DNA of 64,000 bases from Styela clava (taxonomy: Eukaryota), in contig NC_135262.1 in assembly GCF_964204865.1 (NCBI RefSeq), positions 6,324,001-6,388,000 of the forward strand, read 5' to 3'. Every line of letters starts with the position of its first letter. The stretch's first letter is position 1. Positions 14,101 to 25,269 of this stretch are shown here, one piece after another. Made by a program: the position numbers and the translations under genes. The notes beneath the pieces are model-generated. The model was given only the letters and a program-made list of their open reading frames with translations. It was not told the origin of the DNA and ran no database searches.

Positions 14101-16417
14101 ATCCATGTCCACATAAGTAAGTGGAGACGAATGGATAATGATTTTAAATGCAGTGGCCTTATGCTCACAAGTATTGTTTTTGTGCGATATACTCATGGAT
14201 ATGATATCAAAACTGAATTTCGTTTTGTACTTCATTATAAAATACAGCAAAAAGTGCAGATGTAATAAAAAAAAACATTATTTGATACTGAAGGCCTAAA
14301 TTGGGATAAGTCTTTGTCGTATTTTCGCTGTTCAGCCATTTTGCTGCTAATGAATGTAAAACTTTGAAGTATTGGTGTAGTCCGACGACATCGTTGAGAT
14401 GCGGCCACGGAACCATGGCACGGTGCGAATTTTTAATTTTGAAGACGTAATCACACAGGAATCAAAGTGAAAAACGAATTCTATAGAGCACACAGAATTT
14501 TTTTGACATAAGTAAAAGTAATAACCTTCCAGCGTCAATAACAATTATAAACCACTAAAAGTTTCGAAGCATTTGATCCCTTATTTAACAGAAAAGCAAT
14601 TTTTTTCACAACAAGACGAAAATGCAAATGACAACGTTAGCCTATAACGCAAGAACTTAAGGCTCGTGCGGCCCCCCTGATATTCCCTCGCGGACCCCTG
14701 TTTGAGAACCACTGCTATAGTATGATGGTAATTAAGATCTCATAACAATTCGAATATTCAAATTATTTGGGGGATTGGCTAATAATTATTATCACACGAA
14801 ACGTCAATCAACATTATCATCGTTATCAACAATATCGATATATATTAGACAAAGCAAAATCAAACTAAACTTTGATCTGAGATATTGCAAAACATTAATA
14901 TGGATTCACTCATCTAATCTATTTTTAATGTATTCTATTTCAAAAATGGGCGATCCGGTTTTGGAATAAACAATCAATTGACATACGTGTCAATTTGTGG
15001 TGGGGAATGCTGCGTGGAAGTTTTTCATTGTTAGTCTCGCGATCTTGGTTCGTGCCCAGATGTTCATTGCTGTTAACTGGATTGTGAACTGGTCGACTTG
15101 GCTACTAAAAGCTGACACTAAGAAATGTCATTGCCAAATAGTAGACTTGTAGTTTAACTTATAAACTTCGTTTTATATTTTTATTTGTTAGGTGAATCGT
15201 CTGTACGATTGGTGGTAAATTGGATAGCCTTATGTAACAGCGCAATGAATCCTGCCCTGTATGCTTTATTGAGCAAAGCTTTTCGCCAGGGATATTTGAA
15301 AGTGTTATTCAGAATCCTACGGACCATATTATGTAGAGGTTGCGTATGTAGGAAATTGTTGAACAACAAACTTCATAATTACAGGTAAAAATAATAATTT
15401 GTGCAATATTTTTAAATAGTGAACAGAAATTTTGCGTGTGTGACGTCATAATTTAATTTAGGTGACCCGTGACATTCTCCCAGAACTTTGTACTTTTTGA
15501 ATCTTAATACTCTTTATACGGTACATGCCCGCCGTTTGGAATATACTGTTTGAAGGGTCTTTATGAATATACCTTTCATTTAATACAAGTTCATGCATCT
15601 GAAACGAATAACTGGTTAACTCCATATTGGACTGGAAGTGGTAACCGGTCGAGAGGCCGCGTTTCGTCATATGATTGCGCCGTCATATCAGCTATCATTT
15701 ATCCCGAGTTAAATATGAACTTCATATCCTACTTTGCAAATTTTAATATGATGTGTTATTCATTTCAGTCTCAGTTCCAGTAGGACATTTCCAACGAAAA
15801 GCAGTCGCGAAATCATAGGTAAAGACAGATTAAGGCTGCGAAGTTTGGCGACATCAAATTTTATTTTAAGTGGACGAGCTTCTATCGGCAGTGAATTGCC
15901 AGTTTCTACACTTGGCTTACCAGAAACAAAGCTTCAAACAAGGAGAAGGCAGAATCAAAAAGGGAAGAGATGGAAGCGAATTTCACGGGCCGTTAGCGCC
16001 GAAATATTGCCACCGCAAGGAGTTGTAGAATCAAGAGTCAGCGTTATGCTCACTCCTCCATCAATAGATGAAACTGTTAAAGGAAGCGCTCAGAGTTCAG
16101 TCGTTGCGCAAACTTCTAAAGATGATACTCCCAAATGCGATTCTAGTGCGAATGAAAATTCTAAAAACAATATGTCGCTTTTACAAAGTATATCTATAAA
16201 CGTTTCTGTTGATAACGGCTTGAACGGAGATGAAAAACCGGTTTCGCCGACGAAAAAGAAATTTGTTCCACTGTTAGAGCAATTAGAAAAAGATAGTGAT
16301 ATGTTTACGGAACAGGGTATTTACATCGGAGAAACCAGCCCAAAACGTAAATTTCCGTCGGTTTCAAAAGAAAATTCACAGATTAAACAAAACAAAGGAT
16401 CTATGGATAAATCTTAG
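8134..16417 (+). CDS. Rhodopsin-family GPCR, NRY-type (melatonin receptor/moody/Tre1-like), long C-terminal tail; 8 coding exons
   Basis: Exons 8134-8313, 9490-9596, 9917-10009, 10698-10894, 11721-11913, 12763-12920, 15192-15384, 15769-16417 join in phase at GT-AG sites. Motifs: TM1 GTLGNILV, TM2 NLTVSD, FCQ, TM3 IALNRY, TM5 IVFCY, TM6 FILCWAP, TM7 NSAMNPALY, helix 8 FRQGY. Confidence 0.9.
8647..9005. mobile_element. hAT-type MITE in GPCR intron 1
   Basis: TIRs CAGCGATGGCCAAA and TTCGGACATCCCTG; TSD-like GGTATAAT/GGTTTAGT; internal CGAAT repeats. Confidence 0.7.
10212..10491. mobile_element. hAT-type MITE in GPCR intron 3
   Basis: CAGGG...CCCTG termini; 8-bp TSD CCAGTCGA/CCAGTCGG. Confidence 0.75.
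11044..11368. mobile_element. hAT (Charlie-like) MITE in GPCR intron 4
   Basis: CAGGGGTTCCCAAACT and AGTTTGGGAAACCTTG termini; TSD TGACAGAA/TGATAGAC. Confidence 0.8.
12280..12642. mobile_element. hAT (Charlie-like) MITE in GPCR intron 5
   Basis: CAGCGTTTCTT and AGTTTGAGAAACACTG termini; TSD CACTCGAG/CACTATAG. This element accounts for ORF 12435-12650. Confidence 0.75.
14373..14520. repeat. Interspersed repeat with a second copy at about 29355-29480
   Basis: CACGGAACC.TGGCA.GGTG..AATTTTTAATTTTGA.GACGT.ATCACACA...AAGTGAAAAACGAAT is shared by both loci. Confidence 0.7.
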
Positions 16418-17329
16418 GAAAATATAAAAAACCACATACACAGAATATGATAGAAAGCAACACTTTCAACTCGTCAGTTTGTTTGTTTTCTTTCATTCTG
16501 ATGCTTTTCGCCAAAACGTGACATGTTTCCTAAACCCCGGGTCATGGGTCATTCAAGACTAGTCAATAACTGAGCACAGTTTCATTGGCCATTAGTTGAT
16601 GTCGAGTCCGAAACATTCTGTCTAAACTAGACGACTTGAGTCACTGTAGGTCTTTGATAAACGGTGACTCGCGGCAATGCCTCGAGCTCTATAAGATAGT
16701 ATACCGTCAGAAATTAAATTAAAGTATTATTACATCGAAACACAGGTAGAGTACTCTTAATATTTTCAAACAATCGCACTGGCTTTGTTTGCATCATTAC
16801 GATGCACAGCTGCAACTATTATTGATTATGCACATATGATTTTATCGGATGAGGTGATTTTCGTCGTATCGAATTAACATTAGTTATGTGCTCCTGTTTT
16901 TTTTTTAAATCTATTTTTATTCGTTTACTTGTTCACAAATACTAATTCGTTTATTTTATCTATATTGCATTTTTCTTTGGATGTATTAAAAAGTGTTGAA
17001 TTTTTATAACTGGATTTATTTATTGATTCGCTGATTCGGGTAAAAAATCTGTCTATGTATCTATTACCAAAACTATTGGTGTTTATATACAACTAACTAG
17101 ATTACACGCACAAATGAATATAATTTCATATATTTAAAATCCCAAACGTCATCATTAATCAGAAAGACAGCAGTCCTTTTGTAAACAACCACCTTCGGTT
17201 GAAGAGAATATTTCACAAACAATACCAGCAGAATAAATTAATTAGATTAAAAACAATCCTGATCTGGTGGACGCGGTTTTATCGTGTGTGAATGTCCGGA
17301 GTAGTGGTCTATAAAAGATCTCCACTCCC

Positions 17330-19937
17330 TCAATTTGTACAAATTATATAAGACTGATCATACAAGACTAGATGTTGAATTCTTCCGATTCTTGGATCAA
17401 CATCGATATCCCAGTATCCACAGGCCATTAGCCTTGTCAAAGATATTTCATTTCTCGTAATTAATTCAGGATAACACGCGTTTTTTTTATATAAATATAT
17501 TTGAAATCACACAGAAAAACTCAAATTCTGCAAAACCACAGAGTCAGTTATAAAATATTCGCCATTGTAAGGCTCATTTTTGATTTCGCACAATTCCTCT
17601 TCGAATTTATTAAGGAAAATTCTATACAATGGCAACAATTCCCGCAGACCTTCAAGTTGTTCTCGGATATCTGTAAGTTCTTCCTCAAGTTGAAGTTAGT
17701 TGTTGGATTTCTTAGAACGACAACAATTCGGGGTGAAGAACTTTTTAATTTTATGGAACACATTCTTCTTTTGAATGACAAATTAATTTTCAGAGAGTCT
17801 TTTTAACAAAACAATGTTCTCCATATTAATAACATAAAGTTCATTCTTTTTATAAAATCATTACTTTTCATTATGTAATATATACAAAACACCGTAATGA
17901 AACGCTACGTCAGAAACACAAATTTGAGACTAAAAAAAATACAACAACTAATTAATATGTAACTTACATTTTCAGTTTTTATTTCCATTTTGATAAAAAG
18001 TTTCCTTCGCTCCAATCGACTCATCTTACAAACAATATCATATATTTCATCTGTGGTATTTTTCATCTGAAAAGATGCAAACACAATAAGAGGTGGACAG
18101 GATGCATTTTTTGCGAGATCTATCCATACAGGTAAGATTCGGATTTGTATTGAAATTAAAAAGGAAGCATTTTTACAAAAATTGCGATTTTGCGATAAAG
18201 AATTTTGTATCATTCGCTTTGAAGACTGAAAAATAAAAATGATCAATCCGATCAAGTGATTGAACTAACATGTATATGATCTCACATACAATTTCAAGCT
18301 TTCAATATAATACATCTTTGTACAAAGTATTATTGTACAACTTACCCAATTCAAACAGTTTTCGGATTTTGAACACCAGACATTTTGCTGCAATTTTTGC
18401 GATAATTCAAATTCATAGTTTATTTTTGCACCCGTATTTATTGCTTCAAGTTTCGTTGCTAGAAACAAAGAGAAAGAAAAAGGTCATTAACTTTCGAACC
18501 AAGGGCAAAATGCATTCGGTTTATACCCAAGCCCGTCGAGCCAGTGAACAAATCGAAAACTATATATTCAATGTATATGTACAATGAAATGCGTTATAAG
18601 CTAACTCCATTACCTTTCAAAGTGTCAGTGGATTCTGACAATTTTGAGAAAACTTCCCTATGATCGTAATCCACCGATATTCCGCCAATAACGGAAAAAA
18701 CCTCCCCCGAACGTGTAATAAACGCCGGCACTGGGGTTAACAAGATGTCCTTCCCATTAATGTGGAATATCTGAAACAAAGTTGGTTAATACATAATATG
18801 TTAGACGACGAAGCAAAAAACAGAATAGTAAATGATATTGAATAAAAAAAAAATACCGAATCGTCTTCAAATGGGTCTTTCAACTCGAAAGTTAAGTTGT
18901 CAAAAATAGAAAAAATTGGTTCGGGCAATGTCACCGAAGACAATGAGATTTCCACAGCTGTAGCACGAATTTGATTTGAATCTTCGTCATTGCCATCTGT
19001 CGTATTTTCTACATCAGTGTAAGTCTTTAACAAAAAATATCACTTCAAATATATCATAAAATTCAAATATTTTTTCGCCGTACATATATCTACGTTGCAC
19101 AAGCATAAAAAATAATTATTTACAAATATATATACCTTGTCAGATCTAATTCCTGAAGAATAAGAAGAGTTGAATTTTTCTTGTGCTTTTCTCTTGCATT
19201 TTTCCGTATCCAAGTGAATTTCCGAATATCGACATCCAGTGTTCGTTTCTTTTTCAGGTATTTGACAAGGTATTTATCTTTGTGAATATCGCTAATGATT
19301 TCGTCAGATGAAACTTTCTCTACCTCACATTTGTTTACTAAAGAGACCACACGGTCACGAACTTCAATATTTACAACTGTGCTTTCTAGTCGAGTTGTTT
19401 CTGTCCTCTCTGCTGGCGGGCCATGAAGATTTTTAAATTCTACCTGTAGAAAAAATCAAATGGCTTTCAGTAAAAATTTTTCAAGTATTGCTTAACAAGT
19501 AAGAGAAAGCTACTTCAAATAAGTAATATATATACTACTATAAATCTATGAATAGCAAGTCACATGTGTATTCAAATTATTCGGGTGTTAACCATTCCTG
19601 TGAAAATTTGGTTTCGGAACAGAATTTGAACAGCATAAAGTTGATTTTAACATACCTCTGTTGAAAACTGTTGTTGTAGTTGGTTTTTTTGGAGGCAGTC
19701 AACCCTCGTTGATATAGCTGATTTTTCTTTGCTATTGGATGCTCCTTTTGACTCCGGAGCATTGAAGCGATCTATGAGGGATCGGACTGTCCAGATCGAA
19801 TTATCTCTAGGACAAAAATCCATCTTTATTCTTTTCCTGGGAGGGGTCAACAATGGAATCATACGAGAACCATTGGACGATGGATAAGGCGACGTTTTTA
19901 CAGTGACAAAATTGTCACACGAGGATCTGTTGCTCAT
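17330..19937 (-). pseudogene. Uncharacterised multi-exon gene, probably disrupted (no recognisable family)
   Basis: Open exons with GT-AG borders: 19937-19656, 19443-19136, about 19024-18857, 18770-18614, 18458-18346, 18225-17968, and a last exon from about 17770. There is a phase mismatch at intron 2, and the last-exon frame carries stops at 17696-17698 and 17507-17509. Confidence 0.55.
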
Positions 19938-21236
19938 CGTTCAGGTGGGGTTCTGGTGAAATAGTAGACTAATCTTGAGTACTAGCACAAATAATAGCTG
20001 CAAACAAAATAATCTTTTAATCTTCTGCAAATGTTGGCACTTGGCATCAACAAAGTTTATACTTTCAGCCCAGATCTAGAAGCCTACAGTTTTAACTATT
20101 TGGTTGAGGTAAATACCAGCAGTCCTTGCATCTTTTGGATTGGATCTTTCAAAGAAAGTTAGGATTGAGAAATGAAGAAGCATCTCTTAGCAACAGCCGT
20201 TGTCAAGAATCTTTGTGAATCTGTTTCGTCACAATGTCGATGTCGTCATGTATTGCATGATGACATATTTGCAGTATCCGGAAAAACAATTAACTAGATT
20301 TCGGTCCTATCATTAAGCACAAAGTAGCCATGTAAAACCATTTGCTGAAGTGTTGTTGTGAGTGGACACAAACGACTAAATGTATCATGCAGTTAGATCC
20401 AATCCACCGGGTTTGGGCACGCATCGATCCAAGTGGTATAAGATGACGGAATGACGTCGTATTCTCATGAATTAACATACAAATTCAAAATTTTAAGAAA
20501 AAAGTTTGGATTTCATAAAAATTAAATAGCAAAACTTTCTTCGACAACAACCAGCAAACTAATGACAACGACATAGCATTCAAAAGGCCACTATACTACA
20601 AGATAATTGCTAAAGAGTAGTTGGTTTTACCGGATTTTATAAAGAGGTCTCTATTCAAATTTTACATCATTACAAATTGTGACGAAACAAACTCACAAAA
20701 GTGCTTGACAACTACGGTTGCTACGATAATTCTGCAGTTTTCAAACAATTTCCAAAATTGTTTTTAATCTTCAGAAAGTCTTTTTAACAAAACAATGTTC
20801 TCCATATTAATAACATAAAATTCATTCTTCTTATAAAATCATTACTTTTCATTGTGTAATATATACAAAACACCGTAATGAAACGCTACGTCAGAAACAC
20901 AAATTTGCTGTTTTGACAATTTCAAACGTAATATTAGTAAGTAATCCAAAGATAACGTTTTTCATATTTATCTCGGGCGAAAGAAAAGCCGATATTCATA
21001 TGCCGGGCTTCATTATCTCGTCCGGATGTTGAGTTGGGTAGGTATATATATATATATATAGTTATGAGATTAGCTGACCTGTGCTCCCAATATACAAAAA
21101 CTAAATCCCACTGCTCCTCAGAGTCAGGAGTCAAGATCATCTCACTATTAGTTAAACCCGAATATCGTCAATATCATACCCGAACTAGATCGCGTGTTTT
21201 ATAACAATTTTGTATGATTTTTCTTCTACTTTCTAG

Positions 21237-22222
21237 CTGCAACTATTTCGCTTGAGTTCCCGGATAAACTCTCAACGTCGTGAAAATATTCATCTAAATC
21301 AAAGAATGGTTCGTTTGTTCCAATCGAGCAAGACGAGAAAATAAAAATAGCTCTCGGAGTGCTTACTATAACCGGTATGTTTTTATATGTCATTCCCACT
21401 ATGAACATAGGTACAATGTATTTTGAAATTTAAAGCATTTTATGAACCTGTATAACACACAGTATATAATAAACTTGATTGAATCATGAATATATATATA
21501 TATCAGAAGCATCGTTCCAGCATAGTGTTTATTCGCGATATATATCGGTGTGGCCTGAATAAAGCAATGTCCGATCAAGTGAAGTTCATTTACATCTATA
21601 TGCCTCAGATACAGGGTTACTTTTGTGTAGCTTTGGTATCAATACTGCATTCGTCAATGCCAAAAGTCTCAATGAAATATGCTTCAGTAAATTTGGTAGC
21701 CTACATGGCAGTGTGGCATATAGTTTTTAAATTAAATTTCTCCGTGATCACGGAGAATTATTATAGATTAATCAGATCACAACGTAAAAATGTCTCTGCT
21801 AATATAATTTCTCACTTTTTTTGTTTCTCGAATTACATTGGTGTCAGATGGTGTTGGAGTAGATTAGACTCCATAATTAACCATCAGTGTTCCTTCCAAT
21901 TTATACGATATTTACACTTATTATCAATTCAGGTACAGCAAAGCACGACGGAGGTACATATTGTTGTCTCGACACAGTAGGCGACGATCTCCAACATAGT
22001 CCATCTGGCTCACCTCACAGCACACCACATTGCTTCTCGCTTAAAATCAAATCACAGTCGTTCACAAAACCCGCATCTCCCTCTAGTGGCGGCGGTAGTG
22101 GTGGAGCATCAGCGGCAGTTATCATTATCATTATTGTAATCCTGGTCTTGGTTGTAGGTGTCTGGTATTTCCGACGTAAAAGAAGAAATTATGGATTGCT
22201 AAGTGACGAGGTTGTAGCTTAA
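21237..22222 (+). pseudogene. Ig-domain single-pass membrane protein, 5'-truncated, with in-frame TGA
   Basis: Exon 21237-21374 (ATISLEFPDKLSTS*KY...GVLTIT) splices in phase 1 to exon 21933-22222 (GTAKHDGGTYCC matches Ig DxGxYxC; TM AAVIIIIIVILVLVVGVWYF; RRKRR; NYGLL). TGA at 21281-21283; no signal-peptide exon found. Confidence 0.65.
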
Positions 22223-22596
22223 TGGCAGTTTAGCATTCTTCTTTAGATTTTTAACAAAATGTTTTTTTGACGAACAGTTTATATACATACACACGAATAA
22301 TCTAAGTTTTCGCTTTCTAGTGAATATGTTTAGATATATCTAGCCATAAACTACGTTGATCATATAATTATGTCTGGCCTTAGCAGGATAAATGTTTTAA
22401 GTCGTTTGAGATTTCTCAATTCTACGGTAGGTACACCATCTGTGCTAATCATTTTCGTGCTGTGTTTTTAAATATTTGTATAAATCATTTCCTTTTTTGG
22501 TATTTTTTTTATACGGTTATGTACAATCGAGCATTTTAACATAGCCTAACACGTGTGGCAAGATAGCTCATTGGAATCACTGTTAAGGGGCTAAAT

Positions 22597-22882
22597 CAGA
22601 CACAGGCAAACTACGGCCCGCGAGCCAAATCCGGCCCATTAGGCAATATAACCTGGTCCGCCTGATACTTCCACAACCAAATTAAAACGTAAAAAGGTAG
22701 CGTAATTTAAACGCGTAAAGGTAAATTAAAGCGTAAAAAATAGCTCAAGAAATTTGTTGAGGTTGCGATTAAATTTAGTTTTGGCACGAGGCTTATTGTT
22801 GTCGTAACACTGTAAATATTGTTCATAAAATGTAACTTTTACGTCACACGTGGCCCCTGGTCCAAAAACTTTGCCACCCCTG
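22597..22882. mobile_element. hAT MITE of a family with copies at 24752-25058 and about 50703-51017
   Basis: Termini CAGACACAGGCAAACTACGGCCCG and TTTGCCACCCCTG; TSD GGCTAAAT/GTCTAAAT. Confidence 0.8.
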
Positions 22883-23839
22883 GTCTAAATTCACCGAGTT
22901 TATCGCATTATTGTCTGCGTATAACAATTTTCAGAGTTATGACGTCTTGATAGTCTGACACATTTCCGAGTTTCATAGTGTCACAGTTCGACAGTGGTAA
23001 TAGTTCCGATCAGTGTTTTCAAGTCTATAGTTCCACGTTTCTTGATTGGTGTAGATCGGAATTAGTGCTGTAGTGAAGAACCGCCTTTAGATCGTGACGA
23101 CCATTTGCAAATCAATCGACCTGTAAAATAAGATTTTAGAAATGACAAGTGTCTTAATTTTGTTTTATGCAAAAAGTTTTGAGTTTGCAAAAATATTTTT
23201 TACAAATACCAAAACAAGCCATGCTTCGTGTTGCAAACTAGAAAAACGAGGTTGATGTTTTAATATTTTACCTGCTTCAAGTTATTGCTAAATGATATTT
23301 TGTAGATTTGATGTCCACAACGCTTCCGTCGTTCCTGTTAAAATAAAGAAAAATTCAGTTTCAACAAAGCTTTATGTTACGAACTAGACAAACAAGAATG
23401 TTTTTACTCTACACTCTTATTCATCCAGTTCAAGTTGCAAAACACAGGTTGTACATCAATTTTAGAATGGGAATAAGTTAATAATATACAACAAAATATA
23501 ATTATATACCAGAGAGTCAAGTGACAAGTGTCCAATATTCTTTCCTCGAGTACGTGATAATATTTTTGATAAATACCATTAACAGATTTGTGTAGCAAAC
23601 AAGACTAAACAAGAATGATTGAGCTTTATACCTGCCATGGTCTTTGCCTAATGATAATTTGTAGATCTGATGTCAACCCCAGTTTCACGAAGCTTCTGGC
23701 TTTCCTCTAAAGTCGAATAAGAAAAAAATTCAGTTTCAACAAACTACCTTTGACGAATGCTCACAGCTACTAAAGTGCTCTAATCCAGTGTGTGCAAATT
23801 ACGGCCCGCGGCCGGATCCGGCCATCCGGAGTGTTTCAT

Positions 23840-24460
23840 ATGTGTTAAACGCAGCCCCTGCAAGAATAAATGGTTTGACGCAGCCAGCAAAAGAGTAAAA
23901 ATGGTTAGACCTAGCACCTGCAAAAATTGTTAGATGCAGCCTCTCCAAAAAAGTGGTTAGATCTAGTCTGCAAAAAAATAGTAAAATTGATTAAACTCAG
24001 CCTGTAAAAAATTGTAAAAGCTGTTAGTCCCACTCCCAGCCTGCAAATCTTGGTAAAAACGGTTAGACAGAGCCTGCAAAAAATGGGAAAAACGGTTGAA
24101 CAGAGCCTGCAAAAAATGGTAAAAATGGTTAGATGCCTGCCTGCAAAAAATGGTGAAAACGGTTAGATGCCTGCCTGCAAAAAATGGTAAAAACGGTTAG
24201 ATGCCTGCCTGCGAAAAATGGTAAAAACGGTTAGATGCCCGCCTGCAAAAAAATGGTGAAAACGGTTGACCCAGCCTGCAAAAAAAATAGTAAAATGTTT
24301 AGATCCAGCCTGCAAAAAAATGATTAGATGCAGCCAGCAAAAAATGGTTAGATGTAGCAAGCAAAGAAAATAGATACAGCCAGCAAAAATGGTTAAATGC
24401 AGCCAGCAAAAAATGGTTAAATGCAATCAGCGAAAATGGTTAAATGCAGCCTGCAAACAA
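23840..24460. repeat. Minisatellite array (units about 25-35 bp, GCCTGCAAAAAATGGTAAAAACGGTTAGATGCCT-like) following a hAT-type terminus at about 23787
   Basis: Roughly 20 visibly degenerate tandem units; CAGTGTGTGCAAATTACGGCCCGCG lies just upstream. Confidence 0.9.
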
Positions 24461-24624
24461 TGTTAAAAAGCGCCGACGTCAAGACAAAAAGAACATAGAT
24501 AGGCAGTAAATTCCAGGCACAAACTTATATCTGCTCTCCAAAGTAAAAACTCAAGGCAATCAAACTACTGCTGTATAAAATAATGTACCCTCTCTAGCAA
24601 GGCTCGATGAACAAGGTCAAATAT

Positions 24625-24736
24625 GGGTGCTCCCGAAGTATTCGTACCAAGATGGTGCACAACCTGAACATAGTACGTGTACCAGGTTAGGGTTCAGGTT
24701 GTGCATCATCTTGGTAACAATACTTCCGGAGCGCCG
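24625..24736. mobile_element. Palindromic MITE with 6-bp TSD
   Basis: Near-complete foldback GGTGCTCCCGAAGTA...CCAAGATGGTGCACAACCTGAAC / GTTCAGGTTGTGCATCATCTTGG...TACTTCCGGAGCGCCG; TSD AAATAT on both sides. Confidence 0.85.
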
Positions 24737-24751
24737 AAATATGATCTACAG

Positions 24752-25058
24752 CAGACATGGGGAAAGCACGGCCCGTGGGCCAAATCAGGCGCGTTGGGTA
24801 CCTCAATCTGGACCGCCTGATGCTGCCACAATCAAACCGAAATCGAATTTAGAAGCTTTAGCTGAAATGAACGCAAGGAATTTGTTAATATTGCGATAAC
24901 ATTTATTTTGGGCACGGGGCTTATTGTTTTCCACCTTTGCTTTGTAACACTGTTGATATTGTTCATAAAATGTATTTTTTTAAGTCACACTTTTATGGCC
25001 CGTCAATCTAGGTAGGCAAAATTTTTTAACCCCGGTTCAAAAACCTTGCTACCCTCTA
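24752..25058. mobile_element. hAT MITE (same family as 22597-22882)
   Basis: Shared internal sequence with 22597-22882; TSD ATCTACAG/ATCTATAG. Confidence 0.8.
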
Positions 25059-25269
25059 ATCTATAGTGACTCATTCCCTTTTGTTAAATGAGTGTTTTTG
25101 AAATTTTTGTCTGGAGGAATAGTCTGGATGAGAGTTCCCAACCTTCTGTGGCCGAATGCTTTTAGCACTTATGGCCCGTCTGTTGCAGTGGTATTTATAG
25201 TGTTATTTTCATTAGCAGAATTAAAAATAAAGCCAGCTTCACGCCTAGCATTGTGCCCCCTCCCCTCAT

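Noticed and set aside
15845-16417. Stand-alone 190-aa gene
   Set aside because: It has a TTG start and is in frame with the acceptor at 15768; it is the GPCR C-terminal exon.
21281-21283. Selenocysteine recoding of the Ig-gene TGA
   Set aside because: The position corresponds to Trp rather than Cys, I recognised no SECIS downstream, and the gene is also 5'-truncated.
23840-24460. CRISPR-like array, or ORF 24163-24426
   Set aside because: Units are tandem with no unique spacers, there are no cas genes, and the context is eukaryotic; the ORF is just the translated minisatellite.
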